Positions 56,501-64,000 of a stretch of 64,000 nucleotides of DNA are shown one piece after another. Numbering within the stretch: the stretch's first letter is position 1; the number at the start of each line of letters is the position of its first letter. The position numbers and the translations under genes were made by a program. The DNA is from Terrimicrobiaceae bacterium (GTDB lineage Bacteria > Verrucomicrobiota > Verrucomicrobiia > Chthoniobacterales > JAATET01). The notes under the pieces are model-generated. The model made no database searches. It was given only the letters and a program-made list of their open reading frames with translations, and was not told the DNA's origin. The DNA is taken from the NCBI GenBank assembly GCA_028713285.1, contig JAQTOP010000005.1, forward strand, positions 10,682 through 74,681. The letters run 5' to 3'.

Positions 56501-56627
56501 TGATCGCCGCCGTCACGGCAAACCCAGCCAGCAAGGCATCACGCCACGGGACGATGGGACGCGGACTCGGCGCGGCTGGAGGCAGAGGTTTCTTCTTCTG
56601 AGTTGAAAAACGCACGGGACACGACAC
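53583..56627 (-). CDS. Hybrid sensor histidine kinase/response regulator with multiple PAS domains
   Basis: N-terminal TM/periplasmic region and at least 3 PAS-like segments. H-box 'MSHEIRTPLNSV', N-box 'LVNLVGNAVKFT', 'SDTGIGI' and 'GGTGLGLAI'. C-terminal REC 'VLIVDDN...DLVLMDVQMPGMDG...ALTA'. Confidence 0.9.
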   Translation of the reverse strand: MSCPVRFSTQKKKPLPPAAPSPRPIVPWRDALLAGFAVTAAISLGAWIVYARARDEKIADIQRHVEELAVRFGHFSADTQKTIVRLPEAQRAPIAEQQVGGLKFIRDNSEEVRRIYTFALDDTEKLTRVDTGRPGEAPSTRPLPPHALQALKHYLHGGQMPAGDAPWITNDGVETTAFALILDAEKHPVGAVGIEADVNRLQISIASIRQSLLLTCLLAVAAGAGSAFVVHRIRERSAVAQELLEETHRTEEAIIMSLGEAVYTFDPRADRFRWRGNAASLLGFPPDPDGESREAWCERLHPDDRLRYEAALDEAARESLPMQIEYRVHRSDDSWIWVLDRNQPVQTGSGGIQFAGALTDLTAEETLRLFFDESATAHVAFDGDSIVDANPAAVALFGAPDRETLLAQPVQTLWPRRQPTQGLSAVGWSDHVLAALETGIGHFEWQFVRLDGSLVDCDVFLRHALFQEREVLLIACYDISSTKHAQAQLIASEQRFRDVSEAIGEFIWEVDCENRYTYASRRVIEVLGLDPEAVMGRTPFEFVPEEDLAGVREKSEAIFGAGMSFRHFEHRVRRSDGSLLWISVSGVPSYDSSGKIIGYRGASLDITQHRAYEQELLLQKEAAETAGRAKGNFLAMMSHEIRTPLNSVLGFADLVLDTSLTHTQRDYLQTIKGSGDALLVLLNDILDFSKIESGRLEVEIRAIDLPQCIREVLDLHQPHATGKRLSLAVKIAADLPRYVLSDGSRLRQILVNLVGNAVKFTSQGGVVVSASFLPAASDRAEGRIRIVVSDTGIGIRADQRERLFQPFTQADSSTTRRFGGTGLGLAISKRLSTLLGGDLGIEDRDAPGAAFYLELPAILPTEDQIAGHAGAPDVELFSLDADEYFTGRPPRVLIVDDNTLNRRLTSHLLHHLGAESDTAASAAECFEKVASERFDLVLMDVQMPGMDGLEATRHIRSLEVANDPPLAIVALTADAMLGDRERCMEAGMNDYLTKPLRRDALSRVLHAYTRRADA

Positions 56628-56655
56628 ATGGTATCAGCCAGCCCGTCTTCTGGCC

Positions 56656-57807
56656 ATGAAATCCCAACTCCCTTCCTATCTCTGCGCCACTGCGCTCCTC
56701 ACCCTTTCCATCGCATTTGCCGAGGAGACTCCGACCATCACGATCCGCAAAAGCGACGCCATCAACCTCGCCATCGCCGGCATCGGCGGCGGCGAAGGAC
56801 CGGCGGTCGTCAAGGTCTTGCAGAACGACCTCGCGCTCGCCGGCGCGTTCAGCCTGGGCGAGGCGGCAAAAGCCTCCTACGTGGTCTCGGGCACGGCGTC
56901 GGGCGGCGGTCTGCAGGGGCAGGTGAAGGATCGGAGCGGCGGCGTGGTGCTGTCGAAGGGCTACTCCGGAGTGCCGCGCGCGGTGGCGCATCAATTTGCC
57001 GACGACATCGTCGCCACGCTCACCGGGCACCCCGGCATCGCCACTTCGAAGATCGCCTTCGTCTCCACCCGCTCGGGCCGCAAGGAAATCTACACCGCCG
57101 ACTACGATGGCGCGAACGTCCGCCAGCTCACGAACGACGGCGTCATCAGCGTCGCCCCCGCGCTCAGCGCCGACGGCTCGAAGCTCGCCTACACAGGCTA
57201 CCAGAGCGGCTACGCGGATATTTACCTCATCGAAATCGGGAGCGGCGCGCGCAACCGCATCGTTAAATTCCCGGGCACGAATTCCGGCGCCGCTTTCTCG
57301 CCCGACGGCGGACGCATCGCCTGCTCGATCAGCAAGGATGGTAATCCCGAGCTCTACGTCCTCGGCGCGAACGGCTCGGGCGCCCACCGCCTCACCCACA
57401 CGCGCGGCGTCGAGTCCTCGCCGTCGTGGTCGCCCGATGGCCGCGAGATCGTCTATTCATCGGATGAGAGCGGCAGTCCCCGCCTTTTCCGCATCGCTTC
57501 CGGCGGCGGCGTCGCGCAGGCCGTGCCCACCGGCTACAGTTTCTGCACCGAGCCGAGCTGGTCGCCCGACGGGAAAAAAATCGCGTTCACCGCGCGGCAG
57601 GGCGGCTTTTCCATCGGCGTTACCGACCTCGGGAGCGGGTCCACGCGCCTGCTGATCTCCGGGCAGGACGGAGTCTGGGGCGCCGACTCGCGGCATCTGC
57701 TTTTCAGCGACGGCGCATCGCTCCTGCTGCTCGATGCACAGAGCGGACGCAGCGTGCCGGTCGTCAGCGGCCTCGGGAAGGTCAGCGAGCCGACGTGGTC
57801 GCGGTGA
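56656..57807 (+). CDS. tolB: Tol-Pal system beta-propeller protein TolB
   Basis: Signal peptide, then an N-terminal TolB domain and repeated 'SPDG..IA(F/Y)' propeller blades ('IAFVSTRSGRKEIYTADYDG', 'FSPDGGRIACS', 'WSPDGREIVYSSDESG', 'WSPDGKKIAFT'). Confidence 0.85.
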   Translation: MKSQLPSYLCATALLTLSIAFAEETPTITIRKSDAINLAIAGIGGGEGPAVVKVLQNDLALAGAFSLGEAAKASYVVSGTASGGGLQGQVKDRSGGVVLSKGYSGVPRAVAHQFADDIVATLTGHPGIATSKIAFVSTRSGRKEIYTADYDGANVRQLTNDGVISVAPALSADGSKLAYTGYQSGYADIYLIEIGSGARNRIVKFPGTNSGAAFSPDGGRIACSISKDGNPELYVLGANGSGAHRLTHTRGVESSPSWSPDGREIVYSSDESGSPRLFRIASGGGVAQAVPTGYSFCTEPSWSPDGKKIAFTARQGGFSIGVTDLGSGSTRLLISGQDGVWGADSRHLLFSDGASLLLLDAQSGRSVPVVSGLGKVSEPTWSR

Positions 57808-57862
57808 AATTTTCCTGATTTCCTGATTTTCCTTGTTCGCGCTCCGGCCTTTAATGCCCGCC

Positions 57863-58372
57863 ATGAAGCAACCGTTCCTTCTCGCTCTCACCATCTGCAC
57901 GGCGCTCTCGCTCTCGTCCTGCGCCCTGTTCAAGAAGAAGGGCGGCGACACCGCCGGAGCGGACGGAGATTACGTGACGGGCACCCCGCTTCCCGACCGC
58001 GTCGAGGGCGCGAATTTCTTCGGCGGCACCGTGGACCGCAAGCAGTTCCAGCCCGTGTATTTTTCGTATGACAGCTTCACGGTTTCCGACTCCGAGCTTG
58101 CCAAGCTCGATCCCGTGGCTGGCGCGATGAAGGGCATGCCAAACGACATCATCATCGCCGGCTTCACGGACGACCGCGGCACCGAGGAATACAACCGCGG
58201 CCTCGGCGAGCGCCGCGCGCAGGCCGTCCGCGAGGCATTGATCGGCATGGGCGTCGCCGCCAGCCGCATCCAGACTGTGAGCTTCGGCGAGGAAATGCCC
58301 GCTGACACGGGCTCGAGCGAAGAGTCCTACGCCAAGAATCGCCGCGCCGAGTTCGGCGTGGTCAAGAAGTAA
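57863..58372 (+). CDS. pal: Peptidoglycan-associated lipoprotein (OmpA-family C-terminal domain)
   Basis: Lipobox 'ALSLSSC', then 'VYFSYDSFTV', 'IIAGFTDDRGTEEYNRGLGERRAQAVREAL' and 'SFGEE...NRRAEF'. Confidence 0.85.
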   Translation: MKQPFLLALTICTALSLSSCALFKKKGGDTAGADGDYVTGTPLPDRVEGANFFGGTVDRKQFQPVYFSYDSFTVSDSELAKLDPVAGAMKGMPNDIIIAGFTDDRGTEEYNRGLGERRAQAVREALIGMGVAASRIQTVSFGEEMPADTGSSEESYAKNRRAEFGVVKK

Positions 58373-58385
58373 CGGCGGGGCGTCT

Positions 58386-59573
58386 GTGGCCGTTCCGCTC
58401 CTCGACCTGACGCGGCAATACGCACAGGTCCGCGACGCCGTCCTGCGCGAGATCGATGCCGTCGTTGCCGCGCAGCAATTCATCCTCGGCCCGAAGGTCG
58501 ATGCCTTCGAGGCCGCGATGGCCGGGCGCATCGGCTGCGGCCATGCGGTCGGCATGTCCTCCGGCACGGATGCGCAGCTCGCGATCCTCATGGCGCTCGG
58601 CGTCGGCCCGGGCGACGCCGTCATCACCACGCCCTACACCTTCTTCGCGACGGCTGGCTGCATTCACCGCGTCGGCGCGGAGACCGTCTTCGTCGATATC
58701 GAGCCCGACGGGTGCAATCTCAGCCCCGCCCGGCTCGAGGAATGCCTGCGCGACCGCTGCCGGCGCGACGCCGACGGAGCCCTGCGCACGCCGCGAGGCA
58801 ACCGCGTGCGCCTGATCTGCCCGGTGCATCTGTTTGGCCTGTGCTGCGAGATGGACGCCATCGGCGGCCTTGCGGCCGAGTTCGACCTGCCGATTGTCGA
58901 GGACGCCGCGCAGGCCATCGGCGCGGAGTATCCCTCCCGCGACGGCGTGAAGCAGGCGGGCGCGATGGGGCACTCCGCGTATTTCAGTTTTTTCCCGGCG
59001 AAGAATCTCGGCGCCTTTGGCGATGCGGGCCTCGCGACGTGCCGCGACGCGGCGTTCGCGGACGAGTTGCGGCTCCTGCGCAACCACGGCATGGAGCAGC
59101 GCTACCACCATCGCAAAGTCGGCGGCAATTTCCGCATCGACGCCCTGCAGGCCGCGATCCTGCACGCCAAGCTGCCGTATCTCGCGGGCTGGAGCGGCGC
59201 CCGCCGCGACAATGCGGCGAAATACGCCGCCGCGTTCGAAGCCGCCGGCCTGCTCGAGTTTCTCACGCCGCCGGCCACGCCCTTTGCGGGGCGGGCCGCC
59301 GAGCACCACATTTTCCACCAATACGTCGTCCGCGCCGCCCGCCGCGACGCGCTCGCGCAGCACCTCGCCGCGCGCGGCATCGGCCACGGCATCTATTACC
59401 CCATTCCGCTGCACCTGCAGGAATGCTTCGCCTACCTCGGGTATCGCCCGGGAGATTTTCCAGAATCCGAACGCGCCGCCACCGAGACCATCGCGCTGCC
59501 GATCTTCCCGGAATTGACCGCGTCCGAGCAAGCCGAGGTCGTCGAGACGATCTCCGCCTTTTACGCGGGATAG
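58386..59573 (+). CDS. DegT/DnrJ/EryC1/StrS-family sugar aminotransferase
   Basis: 'PLLDLTRQYAQVRDAVLREID', 'FILGPKVDAFE', 'SSGTDA', 'FSFFPAKNLGAFGDAG' (PLP-Lys) and 'LRNHG'. Confidence 0.9.
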   Translation: MAVPLLDLTRQYAQVRDAVLREIDAVVAAQQFILGPKVDAFEAAMAGRIGCGHAVGMSSGTDAQLAILMALGVGPGDAVITTPYTFFATAGCIHRVGAETVFVDIEPDGCNLSPARLEECLRDRCRRDADGALRTPRGNRVRLICPVHLFGLCCEMDAIGGLAAEFDLPIVEDAAQAIGAEYPSRDGVKQAGAMGHSAYFSFFPAKNLGAFGDAGLATCRDAAFADELRLLRNHGMEQRYHHRKVGGNFRIDALQAAILHAKLPYLAGWSGARRDNAAKYAAAFEAAGLLEFLTPPATPFAGRAAEHHIFHQYVVRAARRDALAQHLAARGIGHGIYYPIPLHLQECFAYLGYRPGDFPESERAATETIALPIFPELTASEQAEVVETISAFYAG

Positions 59574-59592
59574 CCTCCGCCCGGGACGCACC

Positions 59593-60321
59593 TCAAATGG
59601 CGGCCGAAGTCCGCCGCGCCATCATCAAAAGAGAACAGCTTTGCGTGCGTTCGCGCCGCTCGCGCAACTCGGGCGAGATGCGATTCCACTCCTGCATGAC
59701 ATTATCCGGATTCGTCGCGTAGGCTGTGCGGAAGAGCGGTTCGCGCTCCTCGAGGACCTGCGCGGGATCGAAAGGCTCGAACGATTCGCTAGCGAGCGCG
59801 CTGCGATAGATCGCGAGGCGTTTGGGAGTGCCCTTGGGAAATCCCGGGGTGTCGCCGAGATAGGAATCGATGAGGTGAAACATCAGCCCGCCGGCCTTGA
59901 GGATGCGTGCGCAATCGCGGAAGAAATCGGCGAGCTGCGGCTGCGGCACGTGCTCGACGACCGAGACCGAGTAAACGATGTCGAACGACGAGGGTTCGAG
60001 AATCGGCGCGTATTGGCCGACCATCGCATGAATGTTGGTCACGCCCCGCACGGTGACTTCCCTCGTGGGGCCGTTGCCCACGCCGCGGAACGGCTCAATG
60101 TTCACGCAATCGTTTGTGGCGGCAATGACGGGCAGCAACCTGGATGCGCCGCCGCCGACCTCCGCGATACGCTGGCCGGAGAACGGTCGAAGAGTGTGAA
60201 ATGCCACGGCATCCTGAATCGTCTTCAAATGCCACGGCAATTTGCCCGACTCCCGAATCGGCTCGAGGATGCCCGAGTCCTCGATCTCCCAATACTCCCG
60301 TTTGGTAATGAACTTCAGCAC
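59593..60321 (-). CDS. Class I SAM-dependent methyltransferase
   Basis: Motif I 'IAEVGGGASR', 'FDIVYSVSVVEHV' and 'LKAGGLMFHLID'. Confidence 0.7.
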   Translation of the reverse strand: MLKFITKREYWEIEDSGILEPIRESGKLPWHLKTIQDAVAFHTLRPFSGQRIAEVGGGASRLLPVIAATNDCVNIEPFRGVGNGPTREVTVRGVTNIHAMVGQYAPILEPSSFDIVYSVSVVEHVPQPQLADFFRDCARILKAGGLMFHLIDSYLGDTPGFPKGTPKRLAIYRSALASESFEPFDPAQVLEEREPLFRTAYATNPDNVMQEWNRISPELRERRERTQSCSLLMMARRTSAAI

Positions 60322-60434
60322 GGCGGCGAAATATCTTTCGGAATCGCGTGAAGCAACGGCGTCCCAGCGTTAAGCCCGGCCCGACGACAAGAGATAATCT
60401 GCGCAAATCCGCGGACCACGATGCCGCATCCGCT

Positions 60435-60707
60435 CTACTTTCGACGCTTTAGGATCGCCACTCCCTTGGCGTTGATCTGAACGAGTTCCCAGCCTTCCGC
60501 GCCATTGCTGTTTAGCAGGCTCTCCAATTGCCTGTTATGCAAACCGGCATTCAGGACCCTGTATTCCCATTTCACCGATCCGGCATTGGCGCCGCAGGCA
60601 AACAGCAGCGTGAATACGCAGCCGGCGAACAAACTGGCAAAGAAGCGCCGCGAACCGATGCGCCCATTCGTCGAGAGAACCTGGCTGGGGTGGAGGTGTT
60701 TGTTCAT
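60435..60707 (-). CDS. Small membrane-anchored DUF4177-like protein
   Basis: The C-terminal 'WEYRVLNAG...LESLLNSNGAEGWELVQINAKGVAILKRR' resembles DUF4177, preceded by one hydrophobic helix. Only the last ~90 codons of track ORF 60435..61034 look coding. Confidence 0.5.
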   Translation of the reverse strand: MNKHLHPSQVLSTNGRIGSRRFFASLFAGCVFTLLFACGANAGSVKWEYRVLNAGLHNRQLESLLNSNGAEGWELVQINAKGVAILKRRK

Positions 60708-60861
60708 CGGTTTTGGCATGGAGCGCAAATCTGAACAACTTTGCGGCCCCGACGTCAAGCCCAGCCACCCCGATCGGCGAACAAGGTGCTGCGGATGCCA
60801 GCCGGTCGGTTCCGGGAACCGGCGTTTCGCTGCCGCGCATCGGCAGCAGGCTTTGGTCGGC

Positions 60862-61308
60862 TTATTGCTTTGCGGCGGCAAGCTTGGAAGCCAGAGTGCC
60901 TTCAAGATCGGGCAGGATGATCCGTCCCTCACCCGGCTCCCACGCCCACACCTTCGCTTGCGCGTCGGGCGACGATGCGGGAACGATAAAGAAGTTGCCG
61001 CCGGTGAATTTGTGTTCTTTCGCAAATGCCGCATCGGCAGGCTTGCCGTGCTCGTCGATGATCACGCGGATATATTCCTGAAGAGCCCGTCTTGGTTTTG
61101 GCTTGTTCAGGTAGGCCGTGACCTCTCCGCAATAAGGGCAGTCATTCCAGGTCGTCCAAACTAGAATGGGGAGCTTGGTTTCTTTCTGCAGTTCCATCGC
61201 CTTCTCATAACCCTTTGCTCCTTCAAACCAGCGGACGGGAAGCGTCGCGGCGAATGTGGTCCATGCGGCTGCGAGGAGAGCGACGATGATGATGGAGGCT
61301 TTCATCAT
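60862..61308 (-). CDS. Secreted thioredoxin-fold protein (CPYC motif)
   Basis: Signal peptide 'MKASIIIVALLAAAWTTFA', then 'KLPILVWTTWNDCPYCGEV', a thioredoxin-like CxxC site. Confidence 0.7.
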   Translation of the reverse strand: MMKASIIIVALLAAAWTTFAATLPVRWFEGAKGYEKAMELQKETKLPILVWTTWNDCPYCGEVTAYLNKPKPRRALQEYIRVIIDEHGKPADAAFAKEHKFTGGNFFIVPASSPDAQAKVWAWEPGEGRIILPDLEGTLASKLAAAKQ

Positions 61309-61440
61309 TTTCGATTCTGACGAAAGGTTTCTAAACATGTCAAGTTCAGCCAACCCGAAACGGGGCTGTCGAGGGAGGGCCGATCTTTAGCCTGGCTTTT
61401 ATACCTGCGATTGAGGAAGCGGGTCGGCGCCAAAATGATT

Positions 61441-61736
61441 TCATGGCTCCCAAACCTGCCGGATTTCAATCGCGTCGCCCGAATCCCGGGGCAACGTTGC
61501 GCCCATTTCACGAGTTTTTCTTTCGATTCGGCTTCGACCCTCCAATAGCCGCCGACCACTTCCTTGGCTTCAATGGAAAGGCCGTCGGTCACCGCCGGTT
61601 TGCCTGTTCCGAACGTGACGCGTGCGCCGGTGGTCAACGGACGCAGGCCGTCCATGGAGATGATTTTAACCGCCTTTCCCAATTCTTCATTGAACTTGTC
61701 CATTTCTTCACATTTTTGCGGATCGGGGATAAACCC
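61441..61736 (-). pseudogene. YciI-like (DGPF/YCII-related) protein gene, 5'-truncated and carrying a 1-nt frameshift near the 3' end
   Basis: 'EEMDKFNEELGKAVKIISMDGLRP...ARVTFGTGKPAVTDGLSIEAKEVVGGYWRVEAESKEKLVKWAQRCPG' matches the family. After the CCCCGGG run (61485..61491) the family C-terminus 'DSGDAIEIRQVWEP*' is found in another frame, ending at TGA 61443..61441. Confidence 0.55.
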
Positions 61737-61948
61737 GGAGTAAAGCACCGCGTAGGGGAAATATGGACAAGGCATCGCCGCACGTCCTCCTCGAACGGAC
61801 GCCAGCGAGTGGGAGCCTCGGAAACCTGACGGAACGCCGATTCGACACAGGCGATAAAGCGAAGCTCAAGACCCTCCTGACAACCGGCGTAGTAACGCGC
61901 CGCGTCCTCATACTCGTCGAGAGCCTCGGGCTGGAACTCATACCTCAT
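61737..61948 (-). pseudogene. ParE/RelE-family toxin remnant (frameshifted and 3'-truncated)
   Basis: The first ~60 codons 'MRYEFQPEALDEYEDAARYYAGCQEGLELRFIACVESAFRQVSEAPTRWRPFEEDVRRCLVH' are toxin-like. The expected 'FPYAVLYS' follows only after a 1-nt shift. The C-terminal 'H.rR.P.YW' part is absent. The rest of track ORF 61634..61948 is an out-of-frame read of the YciI-like gene. Confidence 0.6.
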
Positions 61949-62178
61949 CGGGCGACAGCGCGCCGAACGCGAGCAAGAGCCTCCTCGCTCGGAATGGTTT
62001 TGACGCGTCTGCTGCGAACGTCATCGCGGCGGCGCAAAGCCTCGGCTGCCCAAGGCTGCCGGATGTAGCCGTCCTCTGCCGGGTCAAGGCTCGCAACGAG
62101 ACGGTCATCGAGGAGCGCACGCGCCTCGCTTGGAAGGGACAGCGCCTCCTCTGCAATTTGTTCAACGGTCATGTTCAT
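61945..62178 (-). CDS. Addiction-module antitoxin (putative addiction module component family)
   Basis: 'MTVEQIAEEALSLPSEARALLDDRLVASLD...WAAEALRRRDDVRSRRVKTIPSEEALARVR' is the typical short antitoxin of this family. It overlaps the toxin start (ATGA). Confidence 0.65.
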   Translation of the reverse strand: MNMTVEQIAEEALSLPSEARALLDDRLVASLDPAEDGYIRQPWAAEALRRRDDVRSRRVKTIPSEEALARVRRAVAR

Positions 62179-62218
62179 GTGCGGAGAATACCGGGATTCT
62201 CTCGAGCTCAACTCAAAC

Positions 62219-62332
62219 CGCCAGAAGTCGAAAGTGAGGGTATTAGTGAAACACGTCTTCGCTTACATGGAAAACTCGATGAACTGGATTTATCTGCGGT
62301 GCATCGGGCTAAAACGAACGAAAGCACAATTG
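62219..62332 (+). mobile_element. IS5/IS4-type DDE transposase C-terminal remnant
   Basis: 'RQKSKVRVLVKHVFAYMENSMNWIYLRCIGLKRTKAQL' matches the conserved C-terminal block of IS5-family transposases (R.rVEHvFg.mK...g....RyrGL.k....). No upstream transposase body or inverted repeats were found. Confidence 0.45.
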
Positions 62333-62460
62333 TTAGGTGGACAGCCCCCGTTCGGCCAAAAAATCAACCCGGTATTCAATAGTTACGGCTTAGCACCATT
62401 CTGGGCTGACCCTTCTCCTTCTCCCCCGAATACTGTTATCCTTTCGGCTGGATTATATGC

Positions 62461-63594
62461 TCACCCGCGAACCTGGTTTGAAGCGTGTCGGATGACCGCC
62501 TCTTCGTTCAACTCATAGCCCAATCCGGGCCGCGTCGGCGGGGTAATCCATCCCGCCTTCCATTGCAGAGGCTCCGTAAGGATCTCGTTGTGAAAATCCA
62601 GCACGTTGTATTCCTGGATGAAAAAGTTCGTAGAGCAGGTGTCAACCTGTATGGAGGCGGCAAGCGAGAGCGGACCGCCATACATATGGGGTGCAATCAC
62701 GGCGTAGTGGCCGTCCGCCATGGCAGCGATTTTTTTTGTCTCCAGTATCCCGCCGCAACTGCTGGGATCCATTTGAAGAATGGAGGCGGCCTTTTTCTCC
62801 AAGACTTTGGTAAACTCGAATTTGGTCAGGAGCCGCTCGCCCGTTGAGATGGGAATGCTCGTAGCGCGGGCCACGCGCGCCAATTCGTCAATATTCTCTG
62901 TCTGCACCGGTTCCTCAAACCAGCCGAGTTCGTACGGTTCGAGCCGCTTGGCGTAGCGGATGGCGGTGTGGGTGTCGAACTGCCCATGGGTGCCGAGAAA
63001 AATGTCGCAGCGCGTGCCGACCGCCTGGCGAACGGCTTTGATAATGGATTCGACTTCGTCAAGCCGTCCTAGCATTTGATGGCTCTCGAAATGCCCGACC
63101 GGGTCGATTTTGATCCCCGTAAAACCGCGTTCAACCTGCGAGAGCGCGGCCTCGGCGATCTTGCTGGGATCTCCATTGTGGGGCCCCGGCAAATAGCTAT
63201 ATGACCGCAGTTTGTCCCATACCATGCCTCCGAGGAGGTTATAGACCGGTTGAGCTGCGGCCTTGCCAACGATGTCCCAGCAAGCCATTTCGATCGCACT
63301 GAATGCGGACGTGCTGATGGGGCCGGGCCGCCGTGAAGCGTGACCCTTGAGATAAAAATCATACCACAGCCTTTCGATGGCATAGGGTGATTTTCCAATC
63401 ACGAACTCTTGGACGATGTGCTTAAGATCCTCGACAAAAACAGCGGCGCGCCCATTGACGCCATGCCAGGCCCCATGCCAAGAACATTCGCCGAATCCAG
63501 CAATGCCTTCATCGGTGTTCAATTTCAGGAAGAGCCACTTCCGGCCCGTCTTGGGGACGTCGACAACATAGATGCAGTAGCCTGTGATTTTCAT
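62461..63594 (-). CDS. Enolase-superfamily enzyme (mandelate racemase/muconate lactonizing family; sugar-acid dehydratase-like)
   Basis: 'FLKLNTDEGIAGFGE', 'SAIEMACWDIVGKAAAQPVYNLLGG', 'KIDP', 'WFEEP' and 'PISTGERL' are capping-domain and barrel metal-ligand blocks. Confidence 0.9.
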   Translation of the reverse strand: MKITGYCIYVVDVPKTGRKWLFLKLNTDEGIAGFGECSWHGAWHGVNGRAAVFVEDLKHIVQEFVIGKSPYAIERLWYDFYLKGHASRRPGPISTSAFSAIEMACWDIVGKAAAQPVYNLLGGMVWDKLRSYSYLPGPHNGDPSKIAEAALSQVERGFTGIKIDPVGHFESHQMLGRLDEVESIIKAVRQAVGTRCDIFLGTHGQFDTHTAIRYAKRLEPYELGWFEEPVQTENIDELARVARATSIPISTGERLLTKFEFTKVLEKKAASILQMDPSSCGGILETKKIAAMADGHYAVIAPHMYGGPLSLAASIQVDTCSTNFFIQEYNVLDFHNEILTEPLQWKAGWITPPTRPGLGYELNEEAVIRHASNQVRG

Positions 63595-63608
63595 GAGCTT
63601 GTCCGGTG

Positions 63609-64000
63609 TTATGCTGCCCGCATGCCGAGTCCGCCGTCGATCGAAACGGTTTCGCCGGTGATATATTCATTGGTTACGAGCGCGAGTATCAGCTCGGCCA
63701 CCTGCTCCGGCGTGCCTTCAGAACGCAGGGGGATGCGCTGCTCAATGTTGCGCTGTTTTTGCTCCTCCGTCATGGCGGCATGGAACCGCGTGCGAATGAT
63801 GCCCGGCGCGACGCAATTGGCGCGGATCTTGGCGCGGGCAAACTCGCAAGCCAGCGCCCGCGTAAAATGCGGCAATGCCCCCTTGACAACTTGGTAAGCC
63901 ACATTGACCGGCAGTGACCGCAGCCCGGCAACGGACGACACCAGCACAATGGCGCCCCCCCCGCGACTTTGCATATGTGGCACCGCAGCTCTGCAGAGGT
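63609..64000 (-). CDS. SDR-family oxidoreductase, partial (N-terminus beyond window end)
   Basis: C-terminal half of an SDR: 'GGAIVLVSSVAGL', catalytic 'YQVVKGAL', 'IRANCVAPGIIRT' and 'TGETVSIDGG'. The reading frame stays open to the window edge. Confidence 0.8.
   Translation of the reverse strand, partial: LCRAAVPHMQSRGGGAIVLVSSVAGLRSLPVNVAYQVVKGALPHFTRALACEFARAKIRANCVAPGIIRTRFHAAMTEEQKQRNIEQRIPLRSEGTPEQVAELILALVTNEYITGETVSIDGGLGMRAA

Noticed and set aside
61634-61948. An intact 104-aa RelE/ParE toxin as listed in the ORF track
   Set aside because: Only the first ~60 residues are toxin-like. The remainder ('SPTRCFTPGLSPIRKNVKKW...') is an out-of-frame translation of the YciI-like sequence, so it was called a pseudogene.

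Overview
This is a high-GC bacterial chromosomal window. Hand counts on single 60-nt lines give about 70% GC in most genes. The gene content points to a Verrucomicrobiota/PVC-type diderm, though that is inference only: a 1503-aa protein with autotransporter-associated beta-strand repeats and a PEP-CTERM anchor, McsA-McsB-ClpC, TolB-Pal, and a Tat-signal SOD. I support about 68 features. Most are housekeeping genes (glmS, glgC, ychF, clpC, ilvE, thiD, deoB, fcl, prmA, tag). There is also a TetR-EmrA-EmrB efflux operon and a complete pqqABCDE operon. The 28-aa pqqA is missing from the ORF track. The pqq operon sits next to a c-type cytochrome and a soluble PQQ-dependent sugar dehydrogenase.

The best candidate for an undescribed system is a lower-GC island at roughly 38.6-48.5 kb (about 47-60% GC on spot counts).
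- Two full-length paralogs of 676 and about 680 aa, which I cannot assign to any family, bracket a GH2-like glycosidase and a Gfo/Idh/MocA oxidoreductase.
- A xylose-isomerase-like TIM-barrel protein, an SDR and an XRE-cupin regulator are also in the island.
- This composition resembles oxidation/elimination-type glycoside cleavage loci.

Other notable points:
- A co-degenerated two-component pair: an OmpR-type DNA-binding domain with no receiver, plus a histidine-kinase homolog whose H-box His is Asp.
- A 5'-truncated vapC abutting the 3' end of tRNA-Ala.
- A decayed zone at 61.4-62.3 kb with an intact antitoxin, a broken ParE/RelE toxin fused to a frameshifted YciI-like gene, and an IS5-type transposase remnant.
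- An aldehyde-dehydrogenase-like protein that lacks the catalytic domain.
- A possible 1-nt frameshift at the 5' end of rubrerythrin.

No CRISPR array, rRNA or intact prophage was seen. Many long ORFs in the track are antisense shadows typical of high-GC DNA and were rejected.
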